Positions 9,579 through 18,550 of a DNA stretch of 64,000 nt are shown piece after piece. The translations under genes and the position numbers were made by a program. How positions within the stretch are numbered: the stretch's first letter is position 1; every line of letters starts with the position of its first letter. The DNA lies in the IMG/VR virus record IMGVR_UViG_3300046007_014223, positions 18,802 to 82,801 of that record. One strand, written 5' to 3'. A model generated the notes under the pieces. That model was not told where the DNA came from and made no database searches. It saw nothing but the letters and a program-made list of their open reading frames with translations. The stretch is from a virus.

Positions 9579-10575
9579 GAATGCACATCTCCTCTACCAA
9601 ATCATTAAAACTATATTCAGGTTTCCAACCTAACACAGTTCTTGCCTTAGTAGAATCCCCCAACAATGTTTCTACCTCAGCAGGCCTAAAATACTTCAGA
9701 TCAACGTCTACAATAGTTTTTCCTGTATTCGTATCGACACCAACTTCATCAACACCTTCACCATACCATTCAATATTCATATCAAAATATGGTGCACACC
9801 GTTCAACAAATTGCTTTACTGAATATTGTTCACCTGTCGCAATCACAAAATCTTCTGCAGTATGATGTTGTAGGATCATCCACATTGCTCGACTATAGTC
9901 CTTAGCATGCCCCCAATCTCGCAAGGCATTTAGATTGCCTAAGGTTACTTTTTGTTGTTTTCCTCTACGAACATTTCGCAATCCATCAACAATCTTCTTC
10001 GTTACAAAGTTGTGACCGCGTCGAGGACTCTCATGGTTAAACAGAATACCTGAACAAGCAAACATGTTGTATGCCTCGCGATAATTCTTTACAATCCAGA
10101 ACCCATACAATTTTGCAACGCCATAGGGACTCCTCGGATAGAACGGCGTGCGCTCAGTTTGCGGAGTCTCTTGTACAAGGCCATAGAGCTCTGACGTAGA
10201 TGCCTGGTAAATCCTTACATCCTTTTCCATGCCCAATAGGCGAACTGCCTCAAGAACTTTCAACGTGCCCAAGCCATCAACCATTGCTGTGTACTCAGGT
10301 GTCTCAAAGGAAACCTTTACGTGACTCTGTGCAGCCAGATTATAAATTTCTTGTGGTTGTACTTTTTTGATGACTCCCATTATTGTCAGAGAATCAGTAA
10401 CATCACCATAGTGCAGCTTTAGTTTTGGATTGCTATATAGATGATCAATCCTACCAGTATTGATAGATGAACTTCTGCGAATAATGCCGTGAACATTATA
10501 ACCTTTTTCAAGCAATATTTCGGCTAGGTAGGAACCATCTTGACCCGTGATTCCTGTGATTAGAGCGGTTTTCAT
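9571..10575 (-). CDS. gmd: GDP-mannose 4,6-dehydratase
   Basis: [66 protein letters not shown]. Confidence 0.97.
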   Translation of the reverse strand: MKTALITGITGQDGSYLAEILLEKGYNVHGIIRRSSSINTGRIDHLYSNPKLKLHYGDVTDSLTIMGVIKKVQPQEIYNLAAQSHVKVSFETPEYTAMVDGLGTLKVLEAVRLLGMEKDVRIYQASTSELYGLVQETPQTERTPFYPRSPYGVAKLYGFWIVKNYREAYNMFACSGILFNHESPRRGHNFVTKKIVDGLRNVRRGKQQKVTLGNLNALRDWGHAKDYSRAMWMILQHHTAEDFVIATGEQYSVKQFVERCAPYFDMNIEWYGEGVDEVGVDTNTGKTIVDVDLKYFRPAEVETLLGDSTKARTVLGWKPEYSFNDLVEEMCIHG

Positions 10576-10602
10576 AACAAGTCACCTGTAATATCGATAC
10601 TG

Positions 10603-10610
10603 TATTTATA
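10603..10610 (-). promoter_or_regulatory. T4-type (gp55-dependent) late promoter TATAAATA driving the gmd operon
   Basis: Exact TATAAATA on the minus strand, 27 nt upstream of the gmd ATG and immediately downstream of a terminator. The same motif precedes gp23, gp22, gp18 and gp13. Confidence 0.8.
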
Positions 10611-10614
10611 ATAC

Positions 10615-10640
10615 AAAAAAGGCGCCAGTTCAATGGCGCC
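10615..10640 (-). terminator. Rho-independent terminator of the MoxR gene
   Basis: Minus strand reads GGCGCCA-TTGAAC-TGGCGCC followed by TTTTTT. Confidence 0.85.
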
Positions 10641-10660
10641 TTGAAGAAAAGAAAACTTAT

Positions 10661-11854
10661 TTAGACTGCAGGTACTTCTTCTGCAGGAGCGACTTCATCT
10701 GCTGCAGGTTGCTCAGTAGCTTTTACATCCACTTTGCTGTACAGATCAAGGAACGCTGCTTTAGTTTCTGCATCAAAGCGGTTGGTGCAAAGCTGGATTG
10801 CCTTGAGACGATTCTTGAACATGCCGTAGGCGCGAACGATATGCACCAGGCGGCGAGTCGAGACAAGTTCATCAATGCCACCCTCAAGGTAAGTTTTACG
10901 AATAATCTCACCCCAGGACACCAGCTTGTCAGCAAAATCTTCATCAACCTCGCCGACAACTGCCATGTTATTCAGAATAATCTTACGCTCAACAGACGCA
11001 GTAGGATATTCTTGCTCATGAGTAATCGGGAAGCGCTCGAGGAAGGCCTCATCAAGAATCTGGGCAGCGATAAACTTGCCATCATCTGTACCACGACCTT
11101 TAGTGTTGGCAGTGGCGATGATGTTGAACCCCGGTTGTCCGTGAATCAGCTCACCGGTTTTCTTGTTGAAGTACGGCTTGCCTTCAAGAATCGCTTGCAA
11201 GCACATAAGTTTGTTTGAGCCACGGTCAATCTCATCAAGAATGACAATTGCACCGCGCTTCATCGCTAGAAGGATAGGACCCTCGCGATAAACCACGTTA
11301 CCATCAATCAGTGTATTCGACCCAATGAGATCGTCCTCATCAGTTTCAATACTGATATTGACTCGAATGCACTCACGTTTCAGTTTAGCACAAACCTGCT
11401 CAACCATGAACGTCTTACCGTTACCAGACAGGCCTGTGATAAACACTGGGTAAAATTGATTGCTTGAGACAATCGCCTCGAGGTCCTTGAAGAACCCAAA
11501 GGGGACATAAGTGCGATCTTTCTCAGGCACCAAGTTATCGGAAATGTCAGTGACTAGGCGCTTCATTTTAACCGTGGTAATTGGCGTCACGGTAGCAGCA
11601 AGCGCAGGTTCAGCAACAGGTTCCTGCTTGGTAACAACAGGTTTCGGAGCAGAAACTGCAGAAGGAGACAAGCTGTACAACCCACGACCTGCTTTGTATT
11701 GAGCCCCATCAAGAAGAAACCAGGGGGTCGGGAGCTGATTGTCAGCACAATACTGAGTGATCTCACCGCGAGTCACCGAAGTGCCATAAGCAGCGATAAG
11801 AGACTCGATAAGTTGAGCGCGAAGCTCAGTGGTGTAAGAAGTAGAACGGGCCAT
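10661..11854 (-). CDS. MoxR/CbbQ-type AAA+ ATPase ('CobS-like' protein of T4-like phages)
   Basis: Walker A GLSGNGKT, Walker B ILDEID, IATANTKGRG, FLERF, STRRL. ATG at 11854 follows an AGGAG RBS. Confidence 0.9.
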   Translation of the reverse strand: MARSTSYTTELRAQLIESLIAAYGTSVTRGEITQYCADNQLPTPWFLLDGAQYKAGRGLYSLSPSAVSAPKPVVTKQEPVAEPALAATVTPITTVKMKRLVTDISDNLVPEKDRTYVPFGFFKDLEAIVSSNQFYPVFITGLSGNGKTFMVEQVCAKLKRECIRVNISIETDEDDLIGSNTLIDGNVVYREGPILLAMKRGAIVILDEIDRGSNKLMCLQAILEGKPYFNKKTGELIHGQPGFNIIATANTKGRGTDDGKFIAAQILDEAFLERFPITHEQEYPTASVERKIILNNMAVVGEVDEDFADKLVSWGEIIRKTYLEGGIDELVSTRRLVHIVRAYGMFKNRLKAIQLCTNRFDAETKAAFLDLYSKVDVKATEQPAADEVAPAEEVPAV

Positions 11855-11886
11855 GCAAGTCACTCCTGAAAAATCATCATGTTTAA

Positions 11887-11915
11887 ATTATATAAAAAAC
11901 CCAGATTCTTGTCAA
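11887..11915 (-). promoter_or_regulatory. Consensus sigma70 (early) promoter for the MoxR gene
   Basis: Minus strand TTGACA (11915-11910), 17-nt spacer, TATAAT (11892-11887): a perfect consensus. Confidence 0.85.
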
Positions 11916-11922
11916 GAAGTTT

Positions 11923-14043
11923 TTACAACTGAGCACAGATAGTGTTGCAAAAACGCGACAAAAATACCCTGTTAGTTGCCCGGGAATTTACACTTTTCAT
12001 AAAGGCCCGGCGAATATCACTCTTACTCGCTGATGTATCTACATCAATACCGAGGTCGTTAACTTCCAGGTCGCGACCGCCAGGAACCACAAAGTAGACA
12101 TCAAACCCCGTATTCATAACCGGGAAGAATTTTTCCTTTCGTCCTTTGTTCGCCAACACTTCAATATTATCTGGTGTCGCGACACCATACAACCGATGGA
12201 CCTTCTTTACATTGCTCAAAAAAGGACTCCCGTCGGTGATAAAGAAGCCAACATAATTAGCTCCCGTGATTTTTTTTGCCAACATGAGAAGACCTTTTGT
12301 AATCTCCTCATCACCAACTGTAACTGAATGCTTCGTAACCGGATCGGTAATGTTGATCCTATAATCCCAAGAACCTACTTGTGCGCGAAAAGAAGGCGAA
12401 CCGCTTGTTGAAGATGAACATACATAGTTGGTAACCGTTTGTTGACCTTCACCGTCGGTCAAGAACATGCAAGTTACAATTTCCAACCGATTGGAATCGC
12501 GAAAATTATTTACCACGCTGATTGAAGCCGCTACAGCCTCATTCAACGGAGTTCCGTTAAGATGTTCTGTCGCAGGAACCATTCCCGTTGAGCGTTGAAA
12601 CATCTCACCCAACAGCAACAGATTAAGCATTGCTTGATTATATTTCGTCCGAGACATTTTAGATGAAAGGTAACGCTTCAACCTAAAAGTGTTCTCGGCG
12701 TAAAAAATAATATTTCCTTCAGCACGCTCACCTAGTGGAACACCTTGGAAGGGAAAATGCTCTCGATGTTGTTGGTCTACCACTCCTGAATCAGTAAACC
12801 CATAAACCTCGAAAGGAATGTTTACTTTACGGCAGAAGGTGGTTACAATAAGCAGCTGCTCAACAGTGCCTTTAAAGTTCGCCCTCATTGATCCAGACAG
12901 ATCAAGAAACATAACCAGACCGTGACTTTTGCCTTGCGGAACAATCGTCACTCGGCGGAAAAGATCCTCGGTCAATTTGTATTGACCAATTTTCTTCATA
13001 TCAAGTTCGCCTGATTTATTGACGCTTGCCCGAGCGAATTGTTTCGCGTTCTTGCGAAGTTCGAACTCCTTCACCATGTAATTTACATAACGCTCATTCT
13101 TTTGCAAGAACGCCTTGGTTGAAACACCGAAAGTTGAAAACAGATCGTATGGTTGTTTCGCTACGTGGTTTTTGATGTTGTCATGAACCAGATCCTCATG
13201 AACAATCCGATCTTTCATATTGATCTTCGGAAAATTGACATAAGCAATCGGTTTGCACTGATCATCTACAAGATCAGATTCCTTACGACGGAAAACCTCA
13301 TCGGTAACAGACTTGGGAGTATTGTCGTAATTATTTGACAACATTTTTTCAACTTTTGCGACCTTGGCGTCTTTACCGTCGCCGACTTCCATCTCATCAT
13401 CCGATTCTTCATCGCCAAGATCGGACAAATCAAGATCGTCTAAAAGGTCTTCGATATCCGGATTGATATCCGTTTCTGGTTCATCATTCTTTGCATAATC
13501 ATAAAGGGCTTGAGCAACCCGGACAACATCTTCCCAGGTTGTTACACCATCAACCATATCAACGAACTTTTGCTCATGGGCAGCAAATTTTACATTGATG
13601 AGCGTGCCAAGTTTGAAGTGGAGGTTGATGCGGTCAATAAGTTTCAGATCACTAATATCAGTGTATTCAGAAACGCCGAAGAATCCTCGCTCGAAAAGAT
13701 TCTTGTAACCCTTGAAGAAGGAACTACGAATACCGGGAAACTTATCTTTGATACGCTTCTCGATCCGAGCATCTTCTACAATGTTCAGAAACGATTTAAA
13801 GTTTTTCTGATTACTTTTTGCGACGGCATTGTGCCAGCCCTCAGGCGGTGTATACAATGCATGTCCGACCTCATGACCCATCAAAAGGTCATAAAGTTCA
13901 GCAGGCATGTCTTTGAGAATAGGACACACCAGCACGCGGTTCTTAACGTCAAAGTACGCAGTGTTCGCTTTCTTATGCTGGACAGAAATATTCTCCTCAG
14001 CCAAGAGCTTGGCGAGAAGTGACTTAGATTCTACAACTGACAT
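11923..14043 (-). CDS. Zincin (HEXXH) + vWA domain protein, MoxR partner ('CobT-like')
   Basis: N-terminal LMGHEVGHALYTP and NIVEDARIE, an acidic linker, then vWA MIDAS elements DLSGSM, GTPL and FLTDGEG. Confidence 0.85.
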   Translation of the reverse strand: MSVVESKSLLAKLLAEENISVQHKKANTAYFDVKNRVLVCPILKDMPAELYDLLMGHEVGHALYTPPEGWHNAVAKSNQKNFKSFLNIVEDARIEKRIKDKFPGIRSSFFKGYKNLFERGFFGVSEYTDISDLKLIDRINLHFKLGTLINVKFAAHEQKFVDMVDGVTTWEDVVRVAQALYDYAKNDEPETDINPDIEDLLDDLDLSDLGDEESDDEMEVGDGKDAKVAKVEKMLSNNYDNTPKSVTDEVFRRKESDLVDDQCKPIAYVNFPKINMKDRIVHEDLVHDNIKNHVAKQPYDLFSTFGVSTKAFLQKNERYVNYMVKEFELRKNAKQFARASVNKSGELDMKKIGQYKLTEDLFRRVTIVPQGKSHGLVMFLDLSGSMRANFKGTVEQLLIVTTFCRKVNIPFEVYGFTDSGVVDQQHREHFPFQGVPLGERAEGNIIFYAENTFRLKRYLSSKMSRTKYNQAMLNLLLLGEMFQRSTGMVPATEHLNGTPLNEAVAASISVVNNFRDSNRLEIVTCMFLTDGEGQQTVTNYVCSSSTSGSPSFRAQVGSWDYRINITDPVTKHSVTVGDEEITKGLLMLAKKITGANYVGFFITDGSPFLSNVKKVHRLYGVATPDNIEVLANKGRKEKFFPVMNTGFDVYFVVPGGRDLEVNDLGIDVDTSASKSDIRRAFMKSVNSRATNRVFLSRFCNTICAQL

Positions 14044-14068
14044 ATGATCTCCTCAATCAACACTGTCA

Positions 14069-14096
14069 ATTATACGCAGATTCTAGAACTGTACAA
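14069..14096 (-). promoter_or_regulatory. Sigma70-like (early) promoter for the vWA gene
   Basis: Minus strand TTGTAC, 16-nt spacer, TATAAT, followed by GAGGAG RBS and the ATG at 14043. Confidence 0.65.
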
Positions 14097-14112
14097 CCGG
14101 TATTTTTAACTC

Positions 14113-14149
14113 GTTGTTTTTACACAACATTTTGTTGTTTTTATGCAAC
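14113..14149. repeat. Tandem pair of imperfect palindromes GTTG-N8-CAAC (putative operator)
   Basis: GTTGTTTTTACACAAC (14113-14128) and GTTGTTTTTATGCAAC (14134-14149), 21-bp period, just upstream of the vWA promoter. Confidence 0.5.
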
Positions 14150-14650
14150 ACCGTAGGATTTCTTGCGTTTTTTAAGGGCAACTGCCCATTTTAGAGGAGT
14201 AACATGGTCCTTTATAGTGACTCCTTGCATATGATCATACTCATGTAAAAAGATTCTTGCAGTGAGCCCCCCTAATGTCCTCTCCTGCTTCTCACCCTTT
14301 GCATTGTAAAATTCTACCGTGATTTCCTCAGGCCTTTTGATTTTTATTTGCACGCCAATGTAGGACAAGCATCCTTCATTGTAGTCACACTCACCTGTTG
14401 AAGAAATAATTTTAGGATTGAAAACATCAAGACGAAAGTCATCGACACCAATGACAAAGACAGACGCATCGATACCAACTTGATTCGCTGACAATCCGAC
14501 ACCTTTGAATTCTTTCATCTTTTGGTGAAGAACATTAGCAAACAATTCAGCTGTCTCCCCATGTTGTTCAAAGTCATATGGTTTCGGTGCCTTATGTAGA
14601 AAAGGATCACTGTCAGGAATTAGTTTTAATTCAGATCGTTTTACAATCAT
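14141..14650 (-). CDS. def: Peptide deformylase
   Basis: All three PDF motifs are present: GVGLSANQVG, EGCLS and HEYDH. Likely start is the ATG at 14650. Confidence 0.93.
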   Translation of the reverse strand: MIVKRSELKLIPDSDPFLHKAPKPYDFEQHGETAELFANVLHQKMKEFKGVGLSANQVGIDASVFVIGVDDFRLDVFNPKIISSTGECDYNEGCLSYIGVQIKIKRPEEITVEFYNAKGEKQERTLGGLTARIFLHEYDHMQGVTIKDHVTPLKWAVALKKRKKSYGVA

Positions 14651-14651
14651 A

Positions 14652-16367
14652 TCACAATATCCTACTAAAATTTTGATGTTTCTCAACACGGATAACGTTT
14701 TTAAACTTATCAAGCATCTGGTCACCCTTATGACTAATCACAAAAACATGAGTATCAGTGTCAAGGGTATCAAGAAGGTTCATCACATAATCCGTTCCGT
14801 TCGCATCTAAACTACTATCAAAAACTTCATCAAGAAGTAACAGGTTTGTACTTACGCTATTTTTCATCTTTGCGATTGCTCGCCACGTAAACAACAATGC
14901 AAGATCGATTCTTTGCTTTTCACCTTCTGAAAACGATGCATAACTAAAATCATCTCGATGCCGCGACTTGATACTTTCATTGAATGCATCATCCAGTTCA
15001 AAGGATACAAAGAAATCCATTGCAGAGAGATATTTATTCACCAGCTTATTGATTACAGGAATATACTGTCGGATGATTTTCGTCTTAATACCTGTGTCCT
15101 TCAATAATGTGCCTGCTGCCTCAAGATAAAAATATGTCTCAGTAATCTTTGTCTTGTTTTCTGACACATCAAGAATCTTCTTCGCAATAGATTTTAGTTC
15201 CTCTTTTGCGCCATCAAGTTCGGTTGTATCAATCTTATCCTTGTCGTTGTCATCAGACATCTTTTTAATCAGTGCTTGCTTCGTTATAATATCTGAGTTC
15301 AGTTCAATTAGTTGCATCTGATAGGTAGAGATGTTTTCTTTCACCTTAGTAATCTGATCTATTTTTTCTTCAATGCTAGTTATCTTTGATGACAAAGTGT
15401 CGATTGCTGTTTGCACTTCTTCTATCTTATGTGCATGTTTTTCTATTGCCTGATGTTTTAAATCATCTGAAATGTTTTGCATACAGGTAGGACACTCATC
15501 ATGATTCTCATAGAAGTCAATGTTTGTCCTAGAATTTTTTATACGCTCAGAAAGACTTTTAAGTAATGTTGACCATTCAGCACGCTTCGTGACCAATGAC
15601 TTTTCATCCATCAAAGAGGATTGCAATTCGGATATGTTTGATTGAATCGTTGAAACTGTCAAGGTTGCATTCGCAATGTCTCTTTGTGTTCTTTCAATTT
15701 CCTGTTGGTTGTCTTGCGCTCGCTTTTCAATATCCTTTTCTAACTTTGCAATAAAATCTTTTTGCAATTTTACTGCTTGCTTACCTACCACGATTTCGTT
15801 TTCCAATTGAGACAATTCTGTTTTGGTCGTGGTCAATCGATTCTTCAGAATCGTATTCATTGTAGTGAATATTTGAATATCAAGAATATCCTCAATAACT
15901 TCCCGACGATGACCTTGAGGAAGTTGCATGAAGGGGGTAAACGATGCTGATCCCAAAATAACTATCTGTGTGAATGACTTATAATTTAACTTAAGAATCT
16001 TTTCTTCAAGATGTGTTTGATAGTCTCTTGAAGCTGCATCCTGTGATAACAATTCATTGTCAACATAAATTTCCAATACCGTAGGTTTGATACCTCGCAC
16101 CACACGATACTCACGTTTGCCAATGTTAAAGAAAACCTCAACCACACAATTCTTTTGATTGATTGAATTCACTAGCTGAGGTTTATTGATATTACGAAAG
16201 GCCTTTCCAAACAAACCAAAACAAAGAGCATCAAGAATCGTACTTTTACCTGCGCCGTTTTCACCTATGATAAGAGTGGTTTGATGTTCTACAAAGTTTA
16301 TTTCTGTAAATTGATTACCTGTCGATAAAAAGTTACGCCAACGAATACTATTAAATTTAATTGCCAT
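14652..16367 (-). CDS. 46: gp46 recombination endonuclease subunit (Rad50/SbcC-like ATPase)
   Basis: WRNFLSTGN, GENGAGKST, CPTC zinc hook, FSEGEKQRIDLALLF, LLDEVFDSSLD. Confidence 0.95.
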   Translation of the reverse strand: MAIKFNSIRWRNFLSTGNQFTEINFVEHQTTLIIGENGAGKSTILDALCFGLFGKAFRNINKPQLVNSINQKNCVVEVFFNIGKREYRVVRGIKPTVLEIYVDNELLSQDAASRDYQTHLEEKILKLNYKSFTQIVILGSASFTPFMQLPQGHRREVIEDILDIQIFTTMNTILKNRLTTTKTELSQLENEIVVGKQAVKLQKDFIAKLEKDIEKRAQDNQQEIERTQRDIANATLTVSTIQSNISELQSSLMDEKSLVTKRAEWSTLLKSLSERIKNSRTNIDFYENHDECPTCMQNISDDLKHQAIEKHAHKIEEVQTAIDTLSSKITSIEEKIDQITKVKENISTYQMQLIELNSDIITKQALIKKMSDDNDKDKIDTTELDGAKEELKSIAKKILDVSENKTKITETYFYLEAAGTLLKDTGIKTKIIRQYIPVINKLVNKYLSAMDFFVSFELDDAFNESIKSRHRDDFSYASFSEGEKQRIDLALLFTWRAIAKMKNSVSTNLLLLDEVFDSSLDANGTDYVMNLLDTLDTDTHVFVISHKGDQMLDKFKNVIRVEKHQNFSRIL

Positions 16368-17408
16368 TCATTTTTCCTCTGCATAGTCATGTGCCTCTAT
16401 ATACAGTTCCTTGAGAATATTCTTAAGGCGACTTTTATCTGCATCTGTTTCTATTGCATCAACATATTCTGATAGCAATGACATTGTATCCTCAATGTTT
16501 ATACTGTCATCGTCTACCTGATTTTCAAAATCAGACATATCCTCGATGATTTTCACTTCCGCAGGATTCTTATTATACAATGAGTCAACAACAGAATCAA
16601 ATTGAGAAAAATTCTTTTTTGTAACAACAACTAGTTTGACATACTTGTCTGTCACGTTTGAATCAAACTCAACCTTTCCTGATGAATCATCATAGTACAA
16701 TTTGACAAACATCGGATCATTGTTCTGTATGAATTCAAGATCGTTTGTTACGGTGTCCCAAATGTAAAAACCTTTTGGATCTTTGTAATCATTCCAAAAT
16801 AACTCATAAGGGGTTCCCAAATACATGATGTTGCCTTTGTTTGACTTTGTATGGAAATGCCCACTAAACACTTGTTTGTATTTCGCAAGCACAGAAGGAT
16901 CCATACCTTCATGGTTTTCGATACCCTTTGACATTTCAAAACCTTTTAGCTCAAAATGTCCAAAACAATAAGGTCGAGTTGACTTGTCAATGAACTCATG
17001 AATCTGTTTTTCATTATCCTTACATAACCAAGGAATCACGTCTGCATTATCTAAAACGACGGGTTCTTGAATGATATGAATATTTTTATACGCTTCAAGA
17101 AGCAACGTCGGGGAGTTTACATCTAACTTCTCACGCCAAAAAATATCATGATTGCCAAGAAGGGAATACATTACGTATCCCTCTCGTTCAATAACATCAA
17201 AAAAATATCTTTTGCTTTGTTCAAGTGTGTAGAAATTAATGTACTTTCTTCTATCGAACAAATCACCTAACTGAATGATTTGATCTACACCTCTCTCTTT
17301 TAGTGCAGGGAAAAACACTTCGGTGTAGAAATTTTCCATGTACTTATGAAAAATTTTACTATCATTTCTAACACCGAAGTGTGTATCACCTAAAAGGCAA
17401 ATTTTCAT
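16368..17408 (-). CDS. 47: gp47 recombination endonuclease subunit (Mre11/SbcD-like)
   Basis: GDTHFG, GDLFDRRK, GNHD, GHFE, SGHFH; adjacent to gp46. Confidence 0.95.
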   Translation of the reverse strand: MKICLLGDTHFGVRNDSKIFHKYMENFYTEVFFPALKERGVDQIIQLGDLFDRRKYINFYTLEQSKRYFFDVIEREGYVMYSLLGNHDIFWREKLDVNSPTLLLEAYKNIHIIQEPVVLDNADVIPWLCKDNEKQIHEFIDKSTRPYCFGHFELKGFEMSKGIENHEGMDPSVLAKYKQVFSGHFHTKSNKGNIMYLGTPYELFWNDYKDPKGFYIWDTVTNDLEFIQNNDPMFVKLYYDDSSGKVEFDSNVTDKYVKLVVVTKKNFSQFDSVVDSLYNKNPAEVKIIEDMSDFENQVDDDSINIEDTMSLLSEYVDAIETDADKSRLKNILKELYIEAHDYAEEK

Positions 17409-18073
17409 ACTGCGTGCTTTGCTTCTTTATCAGTCGGAGCCAAAGACACCAGCGGAGTAAGTGCAAGAATGAACAAAAGTTTAAACAGTGTAGAACCTGA
17501 AACGATTCTTGCAATTGCTGAGTTGATATCCATCGCATTGCCTCCAAGAATTACAGGCATCGCAACGAAGGCAATCATTACAAAGAAGATAGCATCAACA
17601 GGCAAACTTACAAAATTCGAAACAAATGTCCTTGCCCATGAGCTCCAATCTCGATCCCACAATGCTTGATAAACATATGTGTTTACCCATTGCGAAATTA
17701 CAGTAGCAATCTCAGATCCAATCACAATACCTAATGACATTTTAAATACTGCGTCAAAGTTAACGCTAGGTCTAAATCCTGGAGCAGGAATAAAGGTCAT
17801 TGCATACATGAATGCAGCAACAAGCAAATTTAAAATTACCCCAATAAAGATAATTCTTGTCACATAAGCAGCACCTGCTAGTTTATGCAACATATCACGC
17901 AACACAAATACAACACCAAAAAGCATTGCACCTGCAGGTGTTACAACAAACCCAAAATCAAGAAATTTAACCGCAGCAAAATCAGCAACAGTCATTGCAA
18001 GAATAAGTGCAGACGACAATCCTGCAATCCACAAAAGATTGCCATTGTCACGGGGAGGAAGAATCAAGTTCAT
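17405..18073 (-). CDS. yhhQ: YhhQ/VUT family queuosine-precursor (preQ0/preQ1) transporter
   Basis: Multi-TM protein with PAGAMLFGVVFVLRD, GSEIATVISQWVNTYVY and RTFVSNFVSLPVDAIFF; last gene of the que cluster. Confidence 0.8.
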   Translation of the reverse strand: MNLILPPRDNGNLLWIAGLSSALILAMTVADFAAVKFLDFGFVVTPAGAMLFGVVFVLRDMLHKLAGAAYVTRIIFIGVILNLLVAAFMYAMTFIPAPGFRPSVNFDAVFKMSLGIVIGSEIATVISQWVNTYVYQALWDRDWSSWARTFVSNFVSLPVDAIFFVMIAFVAMPVILGGNAMDINSAIARIVSGSTLFKLLFILALTPLVSLAPTDKEAKHAV

Positions 18074-18082
18074 AGTGTCTCC

Positions 18083-18550
18083 TTAGTTTTCGTTTACCCA
18101 CATAGCCGAGTTGGCAGGGGTTTCCATAACTTTGACAAGTCGCAATTTAACACGACCGTCAGAGTATCCGTTTTCAGGCATCCAAATTTCTTGAATGTAA
18201 TCTGCCAGAAATTTAGAAAGGCCTTCACAACCTGTGCGTTCTACAACAACCATCTTACATAGTTTCTTTTCGTGCAACATTTTGAATGTTTCAAATTCAG
18301 GATCATCTTCTGCAACCAACAAAGTATGATCAAACCATTCGTCAAGTTTTTCTTTGAGAGATTTATATCCTCCAAAGTCAACACACCAATTGCGACGGTC
18401 AAGTTTGTCCTCATCACATTCAAATTCGAAATGAAATGCCAATGCATACCCATGAATAAGATTGCAATGTGAATCAGCACGCCATTGACGATATGCTACA
18501 GCGTATCCTCTCTCATGTCCATATGTTTTAGTTGAAATAAATTTTCCCAT
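18083..18550 (-). CDS. queD: 6-carboxy-5,6,7,8-tetrahydropterin synthase
   Basis: SHCNLIHGY (CxxxHG), VDFG, FDHTLL, C-terminal VMETPANSA. Confidence 0.88.
   Translation of the reverse strand: MGKFISTKTYGHERGYAVAYRQWRADSHCNLIHGYALAFHFEFECDEDKLDRRNWCVDFGGYKSLKEKLDEWFDHTLLVAEDDPEFETFKMLHEKKLCKMVVVERTGCEGLSKFLADYIQEIWMPENGYSDGRVKLRLVKVMETPANSAMWVNEN

Noticed and set aside
10709-14022. Long plus-strand ORFs (10709-11218, 13510-14022) and similar antisense ORFs elsewhere
   Set aside because: They are shadows of well-supported minus-strand genes and carry no recognisable motifs.
10661-14043. Cobalamin biosynthesis genes cobS/cobT
   Set aside because: No cobN or other cob genes are present, and the zincin domain and early promoters fit a generic MoxR-vWA module.
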